Source: Trichoplax adhaerens (taxonomy: Eukaryota; Animalia; Placozoa). From it: a DNA stretch of 64,000 nt. The number at the start of each line of letters is the position of its first letter. Position 1 is the first letter of the stretch. The notes beneath the pieces were generated by a model. The model saw only the letters and a program-made list of their open reading frames with translations, was not told where the DNA came from and did not search any database. This document shows, piece by piece, positions 13,472 through 26,899 of this stretch. The stretch is taken from positions 55,356 to 119,355 of the forward strand of contig NW_002060983.1 of the NCBI RefSeq assembly GCF_000150275.1. The letters are read 5' to 3'. The position numbers were made by a program, and so were the translations under genes.

Positions 13472-15787
13472 TCAGTGACTAATTACATTATCTAATTGCT
13501 TCATTGCTGTTGTAACACCAGTATCTACTTGCTTAACTCTGAGGATTTTGTCGTTAATAGCTAGTCTACGTCGACGACTGTAGAATATCATAAAATTAAA
13601 AATGCTATTACTGCAAGATACGATCCACAAATAGAGTGATTTTGTGAAGGATAAATCGAGTAAATTAAAAAAATATAAAGTATGAGCTATAGCATATGGA
13701 GCATAAGACATGATAAACAATATAAATATTACAACGAGGGTCTTCGCTAAACTGACATCACGTCTAGAATAAGTTTTACGATGCTTATATGGAGTATTAT
13801 TACAAATTTCTGCATTATGTGTGACATTTTGAATTTGATGGTTTTGTGCCATGTGTTGCGCAATTACTTTACTGCTTCGATGAACAATCTGGTATATGCG
13901 ATAGTAGCAAATTCCTGTAATTCCAATCGTAACAAAGAAAATTGGAAAAACGATTCCGAATAGGAATACGATATGATTAGTATCAATCTCAGAACTGAAA
14001 TCTATCATGCAGATACCAACACCATGGAAGTATGTGATTCTTGCCCAAATGCCAACCGTCGGTAGCAACATTAACAGTACCGCAGTAATATATGCTGTGC
14101 AGACCATTTGCCAAGCGCGACTGATAGTAAACGCTGGGCCTGAATTATTTATCTTCCAGTAACTAGCTAACGCTGAGGCAGCCATCAAGTAAATATTGAC
14201 AATGAAGTACAGAACAAAAAATGCAAACATCAATCTACAAAGGAAATTATTTTGCTTAAAGATCGGTTTTTCAATGCTTGGCAAAACGACAGGGAATATT
14301 ATCCAGCAGCTACATGAGAGATAAAGACATAGCATTAATTTTATTTATATACGCGAATACATTGAAATAGTAAAATATATCTACTGTGCAGTATAGCATC
14401 AATATTTGCTAAATTTGTTGATTACCTAGATGAATTTAAATTGCTTAAAACTGTTATAGAAAAGTTTTTTAAGAAGAATTAAAATCTATCAGGTCCTAAG
14501 CTTACGTTGAGCGGATTTACACTGCATACTTCGAAAGCAGTTTTATTTTGAAGATAGATGGCAGTAAACAACAGTACTCTATTGTTTTATTATTTAATCT
14601 CCACTCAATCTTCTTACATTTAGGGTGATAATACATACGAATACTATACTCTTCTATTTTCAAAGCTGATTATGGTCATAATTCTGTCAAGCGTACTGTA
14701 TGAAATGCTATCGTATTATTTCAACCTAATTTTGAGTCAATAATTAATACCTTTAGTAATCTAAATTTATTTGTAAGATCGCTACAAGTCCCGACTGCAT
14801 ACTAAGCTAGCATAACAATGTTTGACTTATTCGTCTAAATAGAATACATTTACAGTATTAGAATAATGTGACTTACGTCATAGTGTTATGAAATACATTT
14901 TCCTAAATGGGTGTTTCGTTAAAATATTAAAATTTACTTTAAATTATAGTCTTTAATAAAGTCTACTAGTAAGGAAATTTTCGGTAGTAAATATTTTTAC
15001 TGTATGAAAATATTTCGAAAAGTATGATTATTTGCTATTGCTGAAGATAATTTATATTTTCTAAAAAAGAGTCTGTTTAATAAAATTTATACTACAATAG
15101 TAGCTAAATGGAATAAAATGCTTTTAATTTTATTATTCTCATTTATATTTCTACCATATAAGAGCTTTCTGCAAAGTGATATCTGTTTAATTTTATTTTC
15201 TCCATGTGCTATCATGAATATATATAAAGTATAAACAGGAACAACGAGAATAAAATATATAGAAATTTTAGGATATTCTGTATTTAATCCTAATAACGGC
15301 TGGTAAAACTTTGAAAATTGAAAAAATTTAACAAAGTGAAAAATAAGGCTTGGATTTTATGACTATCGAGCTACAACTACGTAAAGAACCCAAATTTCGG
15401 CGACTAAGAGTTGCAGTTTAAAGAAATTTACTCTACCTATGGCCTGCTAATGATTTAATAAAATGTACTAAGAAAATAAGTAAAACAGATAAATATAATA
15501 AACCTGAGTACAGGAAAAAGTTTATTCGTTTCTTACAATGATACCAAATAGAAGAAATCCGAAATCGACAAATTCATGATCAGAATATCGTGAGTTGACA
15601 TTTTCTTTCGATGATAAATCATATAGCTTATGAAACATCCATTCATAGGAATAGCAACACCTCCGATGATCATATATATAACTGCAAGGATTTTCGAGTT
15701 TAGTGCATTTGGTATTTCAGCATAATTATCATCCGGCAAACAGGTATTGCATTGGTTACTTAGAAGCGATGTGAATGTTAAATCCAT
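13472..15787 (-). CDS. Two-exon class A GPCR, opsin/melatonin-receptor-like, about 362 aa; exon 1 15787-15537, exon 2 14309-13472
   Basis: Exon 1 encodes N-term, TM1 and TM2 (IMNLSISD). Donor TT|GTAAGA at 15536 and acceptor ...tctctcatgtAG|C at 14310 are both phase 2, giving ...LVSFCWIIF.... Exon 2 encodes TM3-TM7 with ECL2 WARITYFHGVGICMIDF and TM6 SYAPY. Confidence 0.85.
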
Positions 15788-16536
15788 CTGATTTACCTCC
15801 CTTATTTTTCCTATTAAAAAGATTACCCGGCTGTTATTCCGCCAGAGCATATATCGGCCTTTCACAATTTGAAATTAAATTCTATTTATATTTTCTTGGA
15901 GCATATGACGATATTACTTATTGTGCTTTAGAAAAATAGTTCGATGGCCAACTGAATTGATCAGATGTAATTAAAATAACTGTATTATTTAATGCAATGA
16001 ATAAATCCGTTTCATCTGTTTTACATTCTATAAAATTGTCACTATCCTGGAATTACTCATTAAATGTACTAATAATTTGTTTAAAGTTATGCTTTTAAAA
16101 TGCAACTCGTCAGGAATGGATCAAGTGAATTTAAATACATTCGCGAAATAAATATCAAAAGTAGAGAAAACAATTTTTTCTTATTTTATCACAATGTTTA
16201 TCAATGCTTATGATGGTAATATAGATTGTAATAATAAACTGGCGAAAGAATTAAATCTGAATAGAAGGAAAATATAAAACAAATTTATAAATCACTGAAT
16301 AAGGCTGTTTCGCAAACACGATAAATATTATATTTACCATATAAATGAATCACTTATTTGTTTGATTTGCATACAAAGATAAAATATTCTGATCAGTTAA
16401 ATTTTTTTTGTTTTCGTATTGGAAAACTGAACACTAAGTAAAATTGCATAATAGGTAGCTGTAAAGTCATTAGGTTGCCTATGATTAATGACAAATTTAT
16501 TTATAAGTCTCGTTATCAAAACCAGTAAATAGTGTT

Positions 16537-17675
16537 AATACTTAGATATTTACTTGATTCTTTACGGTTAAGTATCCTGTGATTTCTAAAACTCTTATGG
16601 TGAATCATTCCTAAATTACTAGCTATATTTTATTTTCCGTTTCAAAGTCATATTTTCTGATGCAAAGAACAAGACTTAGAACAATTAGTTTATATTTTAA
16701 ATCTTTACTTAGTATATGTAAAAAATTAGAAAAAATATTAAAACATATTTAGATAGTTTGCTAGCCTTCATAAATATCGTTTAAGAGACGAGACTTAATC
16801 GTTAAGTACGAATATAAGCAAATTTTATATTAATCAGTTTTCCAAATTAATTTATGTCGTTTCATTTCAACTTCCTTATTGTCGTGAATAAATCAAATTT
16901 AGCAGGACATTTTGTTTAATTGGCTTTATTATAAAATAATAATCTCCACTTAGTAAATGAATCGATCAAAAGCTTAAAGTTAGTAATCATAGTTTATTAT
17001 ACACAGGCAAGATTGCGACGAGTAATTTAACACTTAATAAAGACGTTTTGCCGGAAGAATTTTTGGATTTTCTTTTTGATGAGGTTCTAAAGGGAATTTG
17101 GATGTTGCGAATGATGAAGATAACTTTATTAGTTGTTGTCACGGTAGTGAATCTACCGTGATGAATGATAACTTACTTAATTTAGACATGTATATGTATC
17201 ACGTTAAGATAGTTATTAATTTATATATGTGCATGAATTATTTGATGACTTAATATAGCCGATATAAACCTGTTCCTAATACAAGTTAAATTATACTAAA
17301 TATGGTATATGGATTGTCAATGGCAAATTAAATATAAATCCTGTTAATTATAAGCTAGGGCAAACATAACTTTAATCTACAGTAATATTACAAATTCACT
17401 AGATTAGACTAGGAGTGATTTAATGTATTCTCGATGTCTTATTGGTCGAAATATATCGCTCGTCGTAAACCGGTTTTATGGCTAGAATAGCTATTTAAAT
17501 GATTGATTTTGAATATTAAATTAGACTTGCATTTTCGAGAATAAAGATATAGTTAGAAGATTCTGAAAGTGCATTTCGCAGTGATTGTTACTTATCTAGA
17601 GTAATCTAAATTAGCTTAGATTAGGCAAGTTTAGTTGAGTAACAATTGTAGCTAAAAGATATCTTCTTAACTATC
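16537..17675 (+). repeat. Copy 1 of a ~1.14 kb segment repeated at 18928-20072
   Basis: Colinear over its whole length with scattered substitutions (about 9 in the first 140 bp). Confidence 0.92.
17137..17644 (+). mobile_element. Solo-LTR-like family F (508 bp)
   Basis: TGTCAC...GTAACA termini; TSD GTTGT/ATTGT; AATAAA at ~17540. Confidence 0.87.
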
Positions 17676-18022
17676 TCCTTACTTACTGCTGAATTTGGAA
17701 AATATCATAATATAAATTATTATACATTGTTTGCCTTAATCAAAGTACTTGTTAATACTTTATTTAAACTCATAAAATAATCCTTCAATTTCGTATAAAT
17801 ATAGTTTGGATTTGATAGCAGCCACGAAAGCCTTTGACAATAGCATCAACTACGTTGAGGAATTATATCTTAAACCGTCGAATACAGCAATAATGCAGCT
17901 ATTAAATATTCTTTATTATCGTAAATACATAAATATACTAATAATAATGTTCTCTCATATTTGCATGCAAAGCTAGTAAAGTTAATTAATACTGGTATAT
18001 CACTTTTATTAATAGTATCAGT

Positions 18023-18375
18023 TGTTACAATTGGTTATAACGTGATGAGACGTAGCTGGAGTTAGCTCACTAGGTACTCCGACTATCGGATAGTGGATAT
18101 GTTCGATATACTGCCTCACAACAACTCGGCGATCTTCAGTAGGGTAATACTTTATTTCTCTAATAACTACACCACCCGTAACTGCGAGCTAAGAATAATG
18201 CGATGCGAAATTATAGCCAGGCGATGCAGGGCTTGCAATCTCAGAAAGGAATTCAACTTATAAATCGTACTCGCTTGACTACGAGCTCTGAGAAACTAAC
18301 TGACTCTCGAATACTTGAATATTATACTATTTAAATGAACGCATTCATAATGACACGTGCATACAGATAAGACTG
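18023..18375 (-). mobile_element. Possible truncated solo-LTR-like element of another family
   Basis: TGTTACAA...TTATAACG terminal hairpin like the other families and a minus-strand AATAAA at 18151-18156; no second copy or TSD. Confidence 0.35.
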
Positions 18376-18620
18376 TGTGATATATGCCAATCACAAAATT
18401 ATATCACGGTAGTCATATCCATATCGGATTAATGATGGTCCGCAGTAGAATAGTCTTACTGAGAATAATTTAACTATGTATAAAATAATGTAAAAGGTTG
18501 CCATGCGTATTGTAGCTGCGAATGCCAAATATCTCTTAGGATAAATATAGAAGTTACGCTACCGTACATTGTACTAAACATGGCTATCAGTCTACAATCA
18601 TAATACTAACTTACATTACA
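18376..18620 (-). mobile_element. Rearranged family C copy with an internal inversion and deletions
   Basis: Both termini are in - orientation while ~18409-18524 matches C in + orientation. Confidence 0.8.
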
Positions 18621-18927
18621 CTTAGTCAAACCGTTCCATTAACTTAAGTACTATAAGAAATTATTACAAGTTAAAATACAGCTCTTAGTATGAAGTTGGT
18701 AAAATAAGTGGATCTCAGAACGCTGTAATGCACCAACGGCCTGCAACAAGGGTATAAAATGGCAAGCTCATAATAGCTTGTTAGGTTGCTAATTCCAAAT
18801 GTGGAAGAGAGTTTTGCATCTGATTGACTTAAATATTTACTAAAAATATAATATCATCTTAGATTTTTCAAGTGTTCNNNNNNNNNNNNNNNNNNNNNNN
18901 NNNNNNNNNNNNNNNNNNNNNNNNNNN

Positions 18928-20072
18928 TTATACTTAGACATTTACTTGATTCTTTACGGTCAAGTATCCTGTGATTTCTAAAACGCTTATGGTGAATCAT
19001 TCCTAAATTACCAGCTATATTTTGTTTTCCGTTTCAAAGTTATATCTTCTGATGCAAAGAAAAGGACTTAGAACAATTAGTTTATATTTTAAATCTTTAC
19101 TTAGTATATGTCAAAAATTAGAAAAAAAGAATATTAAAACATATTTAGATAGTTTGCTAGCCTTCATAAATATCGTTTAAGAGATGAGACTTAATCGTTA
19201 AGTACGAATATAAGCAAATTTTATATTAATCAGTTTTCCAAATTAATTTATGTCGTTTCATTTCAACTTCCTTATTGTCGTGAAAAAATCAAATTTAGCA
19301 TGACATTTTGTTTAATTTGCTTTATTATAAAATAATAATCTCCACTTAGTAAATGAATCGATCAAAAGCTTAAAGTTAGTAATCATAGCTTATTACACAC
19401 AGGCAAGATTGCGACGAGTAATTTAATACTTAATAAAGAAGTTTTGCCCGAAGAATTTTGTATTTTCTTTTTGATAAGGTTCTAAAGGGAATTTGGATGT
19501 TGCGAATGATGAAGATAACTTTATTAGTTGTTGTCACGGTAGTGAATCTACCGTGATGAATGATAACACACTTAATTTAGACATGTATATATGTATCACG
19601 TTAAGATAGTTATTAATTTGGATATGTGCATGAATTATTTGATGACTTAATATAGCCGATACAAACCTGTTTCTAATACAGGTTAAATTATACTTAATAT
19701 GGTATATGGATTGTCAATGGCAAATTAAATATGAATCCTGTTAATTATAAGCTAGAGCAAACATAAAGTTAATCTACAGTAATATTACAAATTCACAGGA
19801 TTAGACTAGGAATAATTTAATGTATTCTCGATGTCTTATTGGTCGAAATATATCGCACGTCGTAAACCGGTTTTATGGCTAGAATAGCTATTTAAATGAT
19901 TGAATTTGAATATTAAATTAGACTTGCATTTTCGAGAATAAAGATAAAGTTAGCAGATTCTGAAAGTGCATTTCTCAGTCATAGTTACTTATCTAGAGTA
20001 ATCTAAATTAGCTTAGATTAGGCAAGTTTAGTTGAGTAACAGTTGTAGCTAAAAGATATCTTCTTAACCATC
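18928..20072 (+). repeat. Copy 2 of the ~1.14 kb segment, on a small contig between two 50-N gaps (possible alternative haplotype)
   Basis: Same sequence, including element F at the same site, followed by an A insertion absent from copy 1. Confidence 0.92.
19532..20041 (+). mobile_element. Family F copy (same insertion site as 17137)
   Basis: Perfect TSD GTTGT. Confidence 0.88.
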
Positions 20073-20694
20073 TGTTACAGTGTTAAATACTGTATTACAG
20101 TAGAAATAACTATGTTAGGATAATTCTGTTAGACTATCCTTATTTAGTTAACTTCTAATTTGGATATACTGTATTTTAATATAGCACTGACTTTTTATGA
20201 CAGTGACACTTATACACATACTGAAATTATAATAGTTATAATAGGGAATGCAAATCATCTGCTTACAGTTCGAATCATTGTGATTGTAATTTACTTATGA
20301 TAGACTGTAAATTATCATGGAAATGTTCCGTGATAGGACATATCGTAATCTGACTATTCTGTATTAGTTATTACATGTCTATGTTCGTAAATACTGTTGT
20401 CTGCATTAAGAGAGCAGTAGCTAAAATTAATATCTAATTCAGTAAATGATTCTAATGTTAATTGTATTAACTATGACTCATGAACTATTGAGGAATAGTA
20501 TATAAATGCAGTATATCGTGAAATAAAGAAGAATTGTCCAACTTAGTGTTTAACGTAAAATACGAGGCGTTTAAGTCTGTGTGTAGTCTGCTAGTAGAGC
20601 AAAAGTGCTCGTGATAGTGCAGATATCGTTCCTTGATACGTAGTTCAAGGAATTGACTTATTGATCGTAGATTACGTTATCTTGTGCAAAGCTG
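20073..20694 (+). mobile_element. Family A copy running into a gap
   Basis: TGTTACAG start; colinear with 61283-61879 to within ~10 bp of the end. Confidence 0.88.
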
Positions 20695-20789
20695 NNNNNN
20701 NNNNNNNNNNNNNNNNNNNNNNNNNNNNNNNNNNNNNNNNNNNNTAATAATGTTACTGAGTAACATCAAAAAGAGCCTATCGTAACATA

Positions 20790-21740
20790 TTGTACGTTTA
20801 TTCAATTTTTTCTAGTCTACCGAATAGCCAAAATCACTTTTCTTTATATGATTCGTAAGTCCAGAAAATTGGCAGTTCCTGCATTTATTCTATCAGCCAA
20901 TACAGTAGCATCGTATGTTAAGCTTAGTTCTACTTTTCCCATCATATTCATGACTATAGTAGTCATAGCTAAACAAAAATCAGGAATAAAGTGGAATAAG
21001 TTGTATTGAAGCTGCTTTGCAAAATAAATTGCTTTAATTTTGGGCATCATCATTATCTTATGTGATTAACATTGATCGCTATATAACATTGTTACGGTGT
21101 AACTGTCACATAGCTGTCGTAACATATATTCCATAAGATAATCTTTCTAGTAATTTATTTAGATACCGTTATCTATAACATTTTATGTATTTTTAATAGA
21201 TAAATGCATGCTTTTATGATATTGTCTATAAACCGATTATTACTATTTATATCAATTGACTACAAATTGACTGACTGGATTCAGTTTTGTCTAGGAGAAT
21301 TAGTGATGCCACTATTCCTCCTAATGATAAAAGATCGTCAATGTTTAGATTCACACTGTAGGTTGAAATCTGGAAGAATAAACCTGCCAGTAGACTCGTA
21401 GTATAATTTCTATAATGATTTAAGCATTTCCTACGTTACAAGTTTCCGATTTGTAACCAACCTTTAAAGGTAAATTAAATAATAAATTGCCATTAAGTCA
21501 TCACAAATTTTTTAGCAGCAACAGATGCAAGGACATTTTCAATTACTATAATTCTCTCAATCCGGTTAGTTTTTAAGGTAACTGTGAAGAAAAAGTACCA
21601 TATAAATGTGATATAAGCCCATATGGAAGCGATAACGACAAAGTATTTTAGTTTATTCGACTTCTAGAGTTTATTATAGCCTATCCATTTCCATTATTAT
21701 GTATTTCTATTTTATTTTTTTTATTAATTAATGGATGCCA
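20790..21740 (+). pseudogene. Old, heavily decayed GPCR pseudogene of the array family
   Basis: Manual translation gives KLAVPAFILSANTVAS (cf. KFHTPSYILSANMAVS) at ~20865 and SLSYVINIDRYITL at ~21050-21090, with many stops. The 5' end abuts a gap. Confidence 0.65.
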
Positions 21741-22739
21741 AAAATAAATCATTTAGTGTCACATCTTTATAGAGCGCAGCTTAGATCGCTCTCAACATTT
21801 GCAAGCTACGAAATTGGTGATCTTAAGTGTAGTTTTAGTCAACATTAATATCATTCCCTACTATATTTCGTAAATATAGGTTTTAATTTCGGAACGGTGA
21901 TATATATCTAAACTTTGGCATGCCTTAATCGTGAAGAATTTATATTCGTGCGTTCTTTCTTATTTTTAAACAACTCTTAATTCCTTCCAAAACATAATCT
22001 TATTCTGTTACTACTGTAAAAGTTTTCCTCATGTCATATTAACAAGTATACTTCTCATATGATAAACTTCATAACGTTAAAATAGTAAAGAAATTGTTTA
22101 CCTAGTGATTAAGTCTCTCTGATGGGTAGTTGTTGTATTATCATCGTATGATTAAATGAATCCTGCGCGGAATCAGCAACTATGAAAATGTCAGTTTTCT
22201 TTTTTAAACTTTAATATCAGATCAAATTTGTTATTTAAAATTTAATATTGATTAAATTATTACTAAGTGTGTAAACGAAGTCATTTCTATTTTTACTTGA
22301 AAGCTTTGAGTAATTGAATTACTGTACTTATTCAATATTCTTATTCTCTCAATAATATATGTCATAAATTAATCTATTACCTTATAATTTCTCTGTATTA
22401 CTTTTAAGATTACCCAAAAGATCGTGATATCAAGCCTAACTCAAAATTAAAACAAAAGCATTCATGTCATTCCAAGGAAGAAGTCAATAGGTATATCATG
22501 TTAAGAAACTAGCCCTAGCGGTGAAAGCACATCTCCATACGNNNNNNNNNNNNNNNNNNNNNNNNNNNNNNNNNNNNNNNNNNNNNNNNNNNNNNNNNNN
22601 NNNNNNNNNNNNNNNNNNNNNNNNNNNNNNNNNNNNNNNNNNNNNNNNNNNNNNNNNNNNNNNNNNNNNNNNNNNNNNNNNNNNNNNNNNNNNNNNNNNN
22701 NNNNNNNNNNNNNNNNNNNNNNNNNNNNNNNNNNNNNTC

Positions 22740-23500
22740 TTCTCACAAGTTCTATTTTTTGTTCTATCGAATTAATTAAGTGGATACTTGATTGAATTAT
22801 GTAACAGAAAACAGTTAAGTCATTAAGTTACTCTAGGTTAGTCACAAAAATAAAGTTTAATTTTCGATATCAAAGAGGGAAATTACTGTCAGTACTGTAA
22901 AAGATTCTGCTCGATTCTCTCAAGTACAACATTTTTTAATTACTACTATAGGATACTTGAACTAATTCATTCTTTTATTTTTAAAGTCTTTTTTGCTAAA
23001 ATTACGTAAAGGAACAATTATAACGAGATTCTACTTCAAATATTTTATCTACGAAATATTCCAAAATAGAAAGTAAGCTTATAAAATCTTATTTTCGCGG
23101 TTAATGAAATTTATGTGAATATTACATAGAATATCACCTATACAACGAATCATTTCTGATCCGCAGTAACGGAAATTCTTACTGGACAATTTAAGAAAGA
23201 AAGTTTTGTGGTTTCATTTTAAATCCCGGGATAAGTCAAATAACTCCAGTTCCGTAAAAAATTGAATAAAAAAATTTGATAAAATTCAGAAGGAATTTTA
23301 GATATTATGATTAACGAAGATAATTTTACTAGTTATCTGAAATAGATATCATCCAGTTTATTTACTTATTTGAGGTGAACTAGGAAAATATTAAAGTCTA
23401 GATTAATATTTATTGTCTTTCTTAAGTTAGTTCTTTCAGGTTAATATTACGGCTATACTCATGAGATGTATCTTCAATTATTGGTCTGTCTTTGATAACA
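22740..23500 (+). mobile_element. Fossil retroviral-type integrase fragment
   Basis: QYCKRFCSI (~22890) then ~90 codons later HRISPIQRIISD (23125-23160). A further integrase-like piece TQSNG lies in ORF 24520-24702 beyond element E. Confidence 0.4.
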
Positions 23501-23532
23501 ATTATTAAAGCCTATTGTAATGAAATGAAAAG

Positions 23533-24517
23533 TATAGATATCAAGCCACAAAACTTTAAAAGACTTTGATTCAACTTTCGTTCCACTCCGGTCGACTTAA
23601 CGCTAATACTTTGACACCAAATAAAATTTGGGGAAATAATAGAACAACAATTTATTAAAAAGCAAAAATGGAAAGAATTATGAACCGAACAATCTTACAA
23701 ATACTTAACTTTAAGTACTCATAAAATAAGTCATAAGGTTAAAAACTGTCAACGACGAAACCACCTTTCAAAAACAAGAACGTTTTAACTGACGACAATT
23801 TGACCCCGAAGGCCTTTTAAATTCCACAAGTTCTTCAAAAGAGTCTTCTTCTACTCTCTCTCTTAAATTTTCTAATTGCACTATCATTTATAGACTTCGT
23901 AGAGCCGTAAGAGGTATATAAAACTAAAGATTTACTAACCAATCGCTCTTAAGATCCGTTTCAGAAAACTACTTCGCACCATTTAAGAAAATAAAAATCA
24001 TTCAAAGTTCAGACACAATTTACCATATGATTCCCTTACAAAACACTATAATACCAACAAGTTAACTACCGTATAACATACATCAAACTTCACTTCTAAC
24101 ATAATTTCTATGATTAATACATTATAAAAGTATAAAAATTAAACTTTAAACATCAAGATTTAGTCATAAAGCAACAGTTTAATTACATAACAATCAACAC
24201 AACCTCTGCCAATTTCCATCTTCTTTTCTATTTTCCTCACTAAACTTTCCTAATGTGACTTTCATATTACGTCATAAAATTCCAAAGTTTCAAATTGATA
24301 ACAAAAAGTTCAAATTTCAAAAATGAACTCTTACGATATTATTCATGAACAAAAATCCAAAAATTAAAACAGGAAAATTATATCGGACATAAATCCGACC
24401 GGTTCCGGAATCCCAATCCGAAAAATTTCGAATTTTATAAAGATCACAGTAATCGTAAAATAATACTAGTTACATACTAAACGCTATAAAAGACTCTACT
24501 TTTAATCCTTCACTACA
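23533..24517 (-). mobile_element. Family E copy with internal deletion
   Basis: Reverse complement of E; ~400 bp missing near the 5' end; no TSD. Confidence 0.75.
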
Positions 24518-25375
24518 CTATGATAGTAGTAGTACATCAACTATTTTGTGCCATTAAATTTTTAATCGTTATCTTCTTGTATTCGGTGATACTTTATAGA
24601 AATTTTCATAACATTGACACTCAATCAAACGGACACTTGCATACTATGGAAGCATATTCTGAAAGAAAAGCAGCACTATTTTTGGCCCATAACTTAAGAT
24701 AAAAGAAGCAAATTAATACGTAGAAAATAAAATAAATCTCAATACTACATTTAACATTGTTAATAAGCAAAACAAAGAGCTATTGTTTCTTATTTATAAA
24801 TCTATCGCGATGAATAAATTAGACATCTCTACCTCTAAAAAACCATTATGATGAGTAATGAATAAAGAAATCGAACTCCATAGTTCCTCTAAACTGAAAG
24901 AAAACATCCATTGTTCTATTATAACTATGACTTCGAAATGATAATACGAAATCGAAAGGTCCGATCTAAGCACGATATCTTACAAGCTATGACATAACGT
25001 AAACGTATATTATACCGGCGGAATTTATTCATATTCCTATTAAAATGGATGCATTGTTTGCCATCAACCTTACTATTCGATTTAATTTTATAAGAAAAAT
25101 AAGATACGAGACGTTTATTGGTCAAGTAAATTGAAATAAAAACAATTATTGTCACCTAACAATTGTGTGATTATTTAATTTTAAATCCCATGAAGCCGCA
25201 CTCCGTTAATAAAAAATTCTTCAAGATTAACTATATTATAATCAATGATCTCAAGCACATTCTAATCCCTTATTTGAAGTGTAAATTTTGATATGCATCA
25301 TAATTGTCAAAATAAATTACCAGTGCAGAGCAATTTCTTTCTTTCTGAAAAATCGTTAGCATTAAGAAACTTGAT

Positions 25376-26455
25376 ATGGCTTCAAATTACGATGAGGTAA
25401 CTTTCTCATTAATCATCAATAAATCAGTGAATTTTTTAAACGAAAATCATTCCACAGATGCCACTGAATTTCGTAAGTCATATATAGCAGTATATATGGC
25501 ATTTATTCCATTATCTGTTGCTGGAATTATTGGAAACATACTGTTAATAACTACAATTATCAAAATAAAGCAGCTTCAAACTCCTTCGTACATTTTATCT
25601 GCTAATATGGCTGTATCTGATATTATCGTATTAGCATTTGGATCAGTCTTTTTAATAAGTAATGTTGTTTTATCATTACAACAACATTTTAATCATTCCA
25701 TTTACCAAGTCGTATGTAAAGTTAATTATTTTACCATAACGTGGTCTTATATTACTTCTTCACAATCATTTACAGCTATAAGTATCGATCGCTTTCTAAT
25801 TATGACATATACCAATAGGAAATCTCCGTTTCAAAGTAAGAAAATTTTGATTATGGCTATTACCATAATTTGGATTGTTGGTCTACTATTAGCCATCCCT
25901 ATGCTTATTCTGGCGGATATTAATCCCAAGTTACCTCATATGTGTGATCTTCTCCCTTACGGCAAAAACAACGATTATACTTTTTCAGTTTACCATCTCT
26001 TTGCACTGTCAGTAGCTTTTCCGATACCATTAGTGACGGTATTTTGCCTTTATTTCAAAGTTATTCGTCGTATATCTAATTCTATAAACAATATCTCAAA
26101 TATCAGAAATAGATATGATCGTAATAAAAGGCGACAAGTTCACTCAACCAAAATGATGATTTTAGCCACACTGCTATTTATGGTTAACTCATTGCCTATT
26201 ATGTTCGGTTGGTTTATTGCACTTATTACTGGCAAATCCTATGTTTATCTTGTTTTAGACTACGGTGAATTTATATTTATTTTAGTATCGACTGCATTTT
26301 TTATGGCAAGTTTAACGGCAATTCAAAATCCTTTCATTTTTATTATTTATAACAAAACATTTAGAAAGGCTATGATTTCAAATTTTTATCTAGAGCGCCA
26401 AAATAAAACTGCCGTTATTGTCGTAACCCATAAATCTAATAATGCCAATACCTGA
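25376..26455 (+). CDS. Class A GPCR, intronless, array member (359 aa)
   Basis: GN (TM1), NMAVSD, SIDRF, PHMCD, FPIP, NSLP, QNPFIF, FRKAM. Confidence 0.94.
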   Translation: MASNYDEVTFSLIINKSVNFLNENHSTDATEFRKSYIAVYMAFIPLSVAGIIGNILLITTIIKIKQLQTPSYILSANMAVSDIIVLAFGSVFLISNVVLSLQQHFNHSIYQVVCKVNYFTITWSYITSSQSFTAISIDRFLIMTYTNRKSPFQSKKILIMAITIIWIVGLLLAIPMLILADINPKLPHMCDLLPYGKNNDYTFSVYHLFALSVAFPIPLVTVFCLYFKVIRRISNSINNISNIRNRYDRNKRRQVHSTKMMILATLLFMVNSLPIMFGWFIALITGKSYVYLVLDYGEFIFILVSTAFFMASLTAIQNPFIFIIYNKTFRKAMISNFYLERQNKTAVIVVTHKSNNANT

Positions 26456-26899
26456 ATTACCCCCCAAAAATGTGCTCTTCTTATTTTACAATTAATATAT
26501 CTTAAGTCTAATTAGATTCTCATATTGAAAATGAAAAGCGGATAAAGTAAAATAATTCGTTGCTAGATTCGTATGTAACCTAAATTTATTGTCGTTGAAT
26601 AAATCTTCAGTTCCAAGTAAGCTGATGACTAATTCAACTGGATATGAGCCATGCGTATTCGAAATTAAACACATAATTGAAAGATACTAGGCAAATTTTC
26701 TCAGGAGTGAATAAAGGCCTGATTACAAGTAAACTTTCTAAAAGCTTTTTCAAATGTATAATTATAACTGTTTAAGCCGTAATTGTAATAATATTACTAT
26801 ATTTGTTAATAAAAGTGTACCTACAAGCTTGCAAATTCGCTATTACTGCGTCTAGAGCTAAAGCACTTAATGTGTGACTATTATGAATTGTGAAGATTT

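Noticed and set aside
13781-13963. Antisense ORFs over GPCRs (also 35979-36185 and 48243-48494)
   Set aside because: Shadow frames with no independent evidence
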